From NCBI RefSeq assembly GCF_003918875.1, contig NW_025767106.1:682001-746000 (forward strand): a DNA stretch of 64,000 bases, given 5' to 3'. Positions 62,200 through 64,000 of the stretch are shown here, one piece after another. Source of the DNA: Haliotis rubra (lineage: Eukaryota). A program made the translations under genes and the position numbers. The number at the start of each line of letters is the position of its first letter. Positions within the stretch are counted from its first letter, which is position 1. The notes under the pieces are model-generated. The model was not told the origin of the DNA. It saw only the letters and a list, made by a program, of their open reading frames with translations, and ran no database searches.

Positions 62200-63700
62200 G
62201 TTTTGTAAGGAGGACACATGGATAACATCGCCCCTTTCAGCTCTCTGAACAGATTGTTTACAAGGCTAATATTAACATTGTAAACTGTTTGGTGGTATTG
62301 GATGTATCCTACTTCAGGCTGCACAAACAAACATGCTCAACACTGAGTAGACTAGATCCCAAGCAGTAGACACCTCAGGGGCATGTAAATATGTGCACAT
62401 TTTATTTGTAGCCGCCTTTTAGCATTTTATAATCAGAACTGGTTCGCCTAATGTTTTGCTGCAATTTTCAGCATTAGCGAATGAGTTAGTTATTTCAATG
62501 TAAACATCGCATCGGCAATATTACATAGTCTGTTGAAAAATGACAGTAAGTAAACATTTTAATTACACAATAATATAAGGTCTCATTTTAAGGTCAGATG
62601 CTAACCTATAAAGTACACCTGTACTTTGGTTATTTTAATGTTGTTTGCCAAAAGGTTCTAAATACTCTGAATTGTGGATTATTAATGAATAAATGTGTTA
62701 CAAGCACAAAGTAGCTGTGCAGTTGCCAATGTGACTTTACATTTTAACTCACTCACTCTTGCGAGGATAGAAATTGTGCAATACTTTAACCCAAGAATGG
62801 CCCTCTCGTCACTAATCTGAGTTCTTGATGACATCACATTAATCTAAACAACCCACAAGACTTCGGTGGTAAGTGGGTTGTATAATCATTGAGGTAGAAA
62901 TCCGGGTCATTTGATGTTCTGGCATTAAAGTCGCCAAAATATAAACATACTCATATCTCCATAGTCACATATCATTTGCAACAGAATATCTTCCAGCTTT
63001 CCAATTCCGTTGTTTTCTGAACTTTCATACCCGGACGATCAACATGGGTGAACATAAATGAAACCGATGTAAATCTTTGCAGCTTAAGGTTTTCATTTTG
63101 TATAGACCCTATTTAAGTATTCAACAAGTTCTCTTTTTACATACACCTGTGCCACCATAATAGCGTCCTAAGTTTGATGATCGAGATGGTTTATATACGT
63201 AGTAGTCATACCCCGCAAAGGTTGTTCGTAAACTATCTAAAGCATTTTTAAACAGAGTTTCAATGAAACAGAACATGTCATATATACGGAAAAAGTCAAT
63301 TAATTGATAACCACACAGCTTAGATATCAAACCGCTAATGTTGCAACAACAAACATTTAATTTCCTCTCAGAACAGTCAATAACATTTGAATCTTGATCT
63401 GGATAGACAAAAGTTGTGTTATTGAGGCCACGGCCAAACCCTTATGTAGATTTATTGGTGTTGTCTGTTGAAGAAGTTGATGATGTTGGGACATGTCCAG
63501 TCCATATATCAGCTAGTGGTAATATTTTCTTCTGGTTATTTCTGTTGCCAGTATAAGTATGCAATGGGTCCTACGACCCTCCTTTTGCCGGAGGTCATTA
63601 ATATGCATGAAACTCATTAATATCCAAATGAATGCATGACGTCATAGGTCGGTGGGGTTAATCAGTCGTAGCTATGACGGCAGGAAGATAGAATTGTGGT
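62200..63700 (-). mobile_element. Decayed CR1/L2-like LINE remnant (endonuclease N-terminus, ORF1 end)
   Basis: NISGLISKL...DMFCFIET...GRYYGGTGV and FGDFNART are APE motifs. Upstream GIHL resembles an esterase-type ORF1 motif. Boundaries approximate. Confidence 0.55.
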
Positions 63701-64000
63701 TTAACACATACATCGCTTGTCTAGAGGCGCAATGGCAAACAAATCTACCTATTCAGCTAGTGACCTCAGCTTCTGAATTATTTTAACCTGTCAGCATCGA
63801 CCTAATTTCTCCCAACTATCCACTCCAAAAGTGTGAGTAGAGGGTATAGTGTGAGTGTGTTGAAAATACTTAAATGCCACACGAGCGGACGGGCTTGTGT
63901 CAACACGGTTTGGGGGCTGTTGCGCATGCGCGTGATTTCAGCTAAGACGTCGGATTGAGTGTGTGAGTGAGTGAGTTAAGATTTAACGTCTAATCGGCAA

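Overview
Animal (eukaryotic) genomic DNA, AT-rich and repeat-dense, with two N gaps. The SINE/LINE repertoire suggests a mollusc, probably an abalone-like gastropod; this is inference. The window is dominated by a minus-strand tandem cluster of five SLC22-family (MFS organic ion transporter) paralogues, here called A-E, which share one 9-coding-exon architecture. A (10706-19119) is a decayed pseudogene. B (26953-30752) is intact except for a +1 homopolymer frameshift. C (36469-40963) is intact (517 aa). D (48550-53200) lacks its 5' start, and E (53388-59400) lacks its last four exons. D and E abut, forming a fused locus with two phase-compatible exon cassettes. The rest comprises three Tc1/mariner elements, a TTAA-flanked Kolobok-like element, I/Nimb-like, L2/CR1 and Gypsy remnants, four SINE-like families, a 2.1-kb minisatellite and a glycosyltransferase-31 relic. 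The most unusual signal is a set of covarying RNA structures in the I/Nimb-like LINE system: (1) a pseudoknotted 5' module shared by the LINE 5' end and a head-less ~240-bp non-autonomous element (candidate ribozyme or 5'-processing RNA); (2) a two-module 3'-UTR structure with palindromic loops; (3) one 3'-terminal stem-loop shared by four element families.
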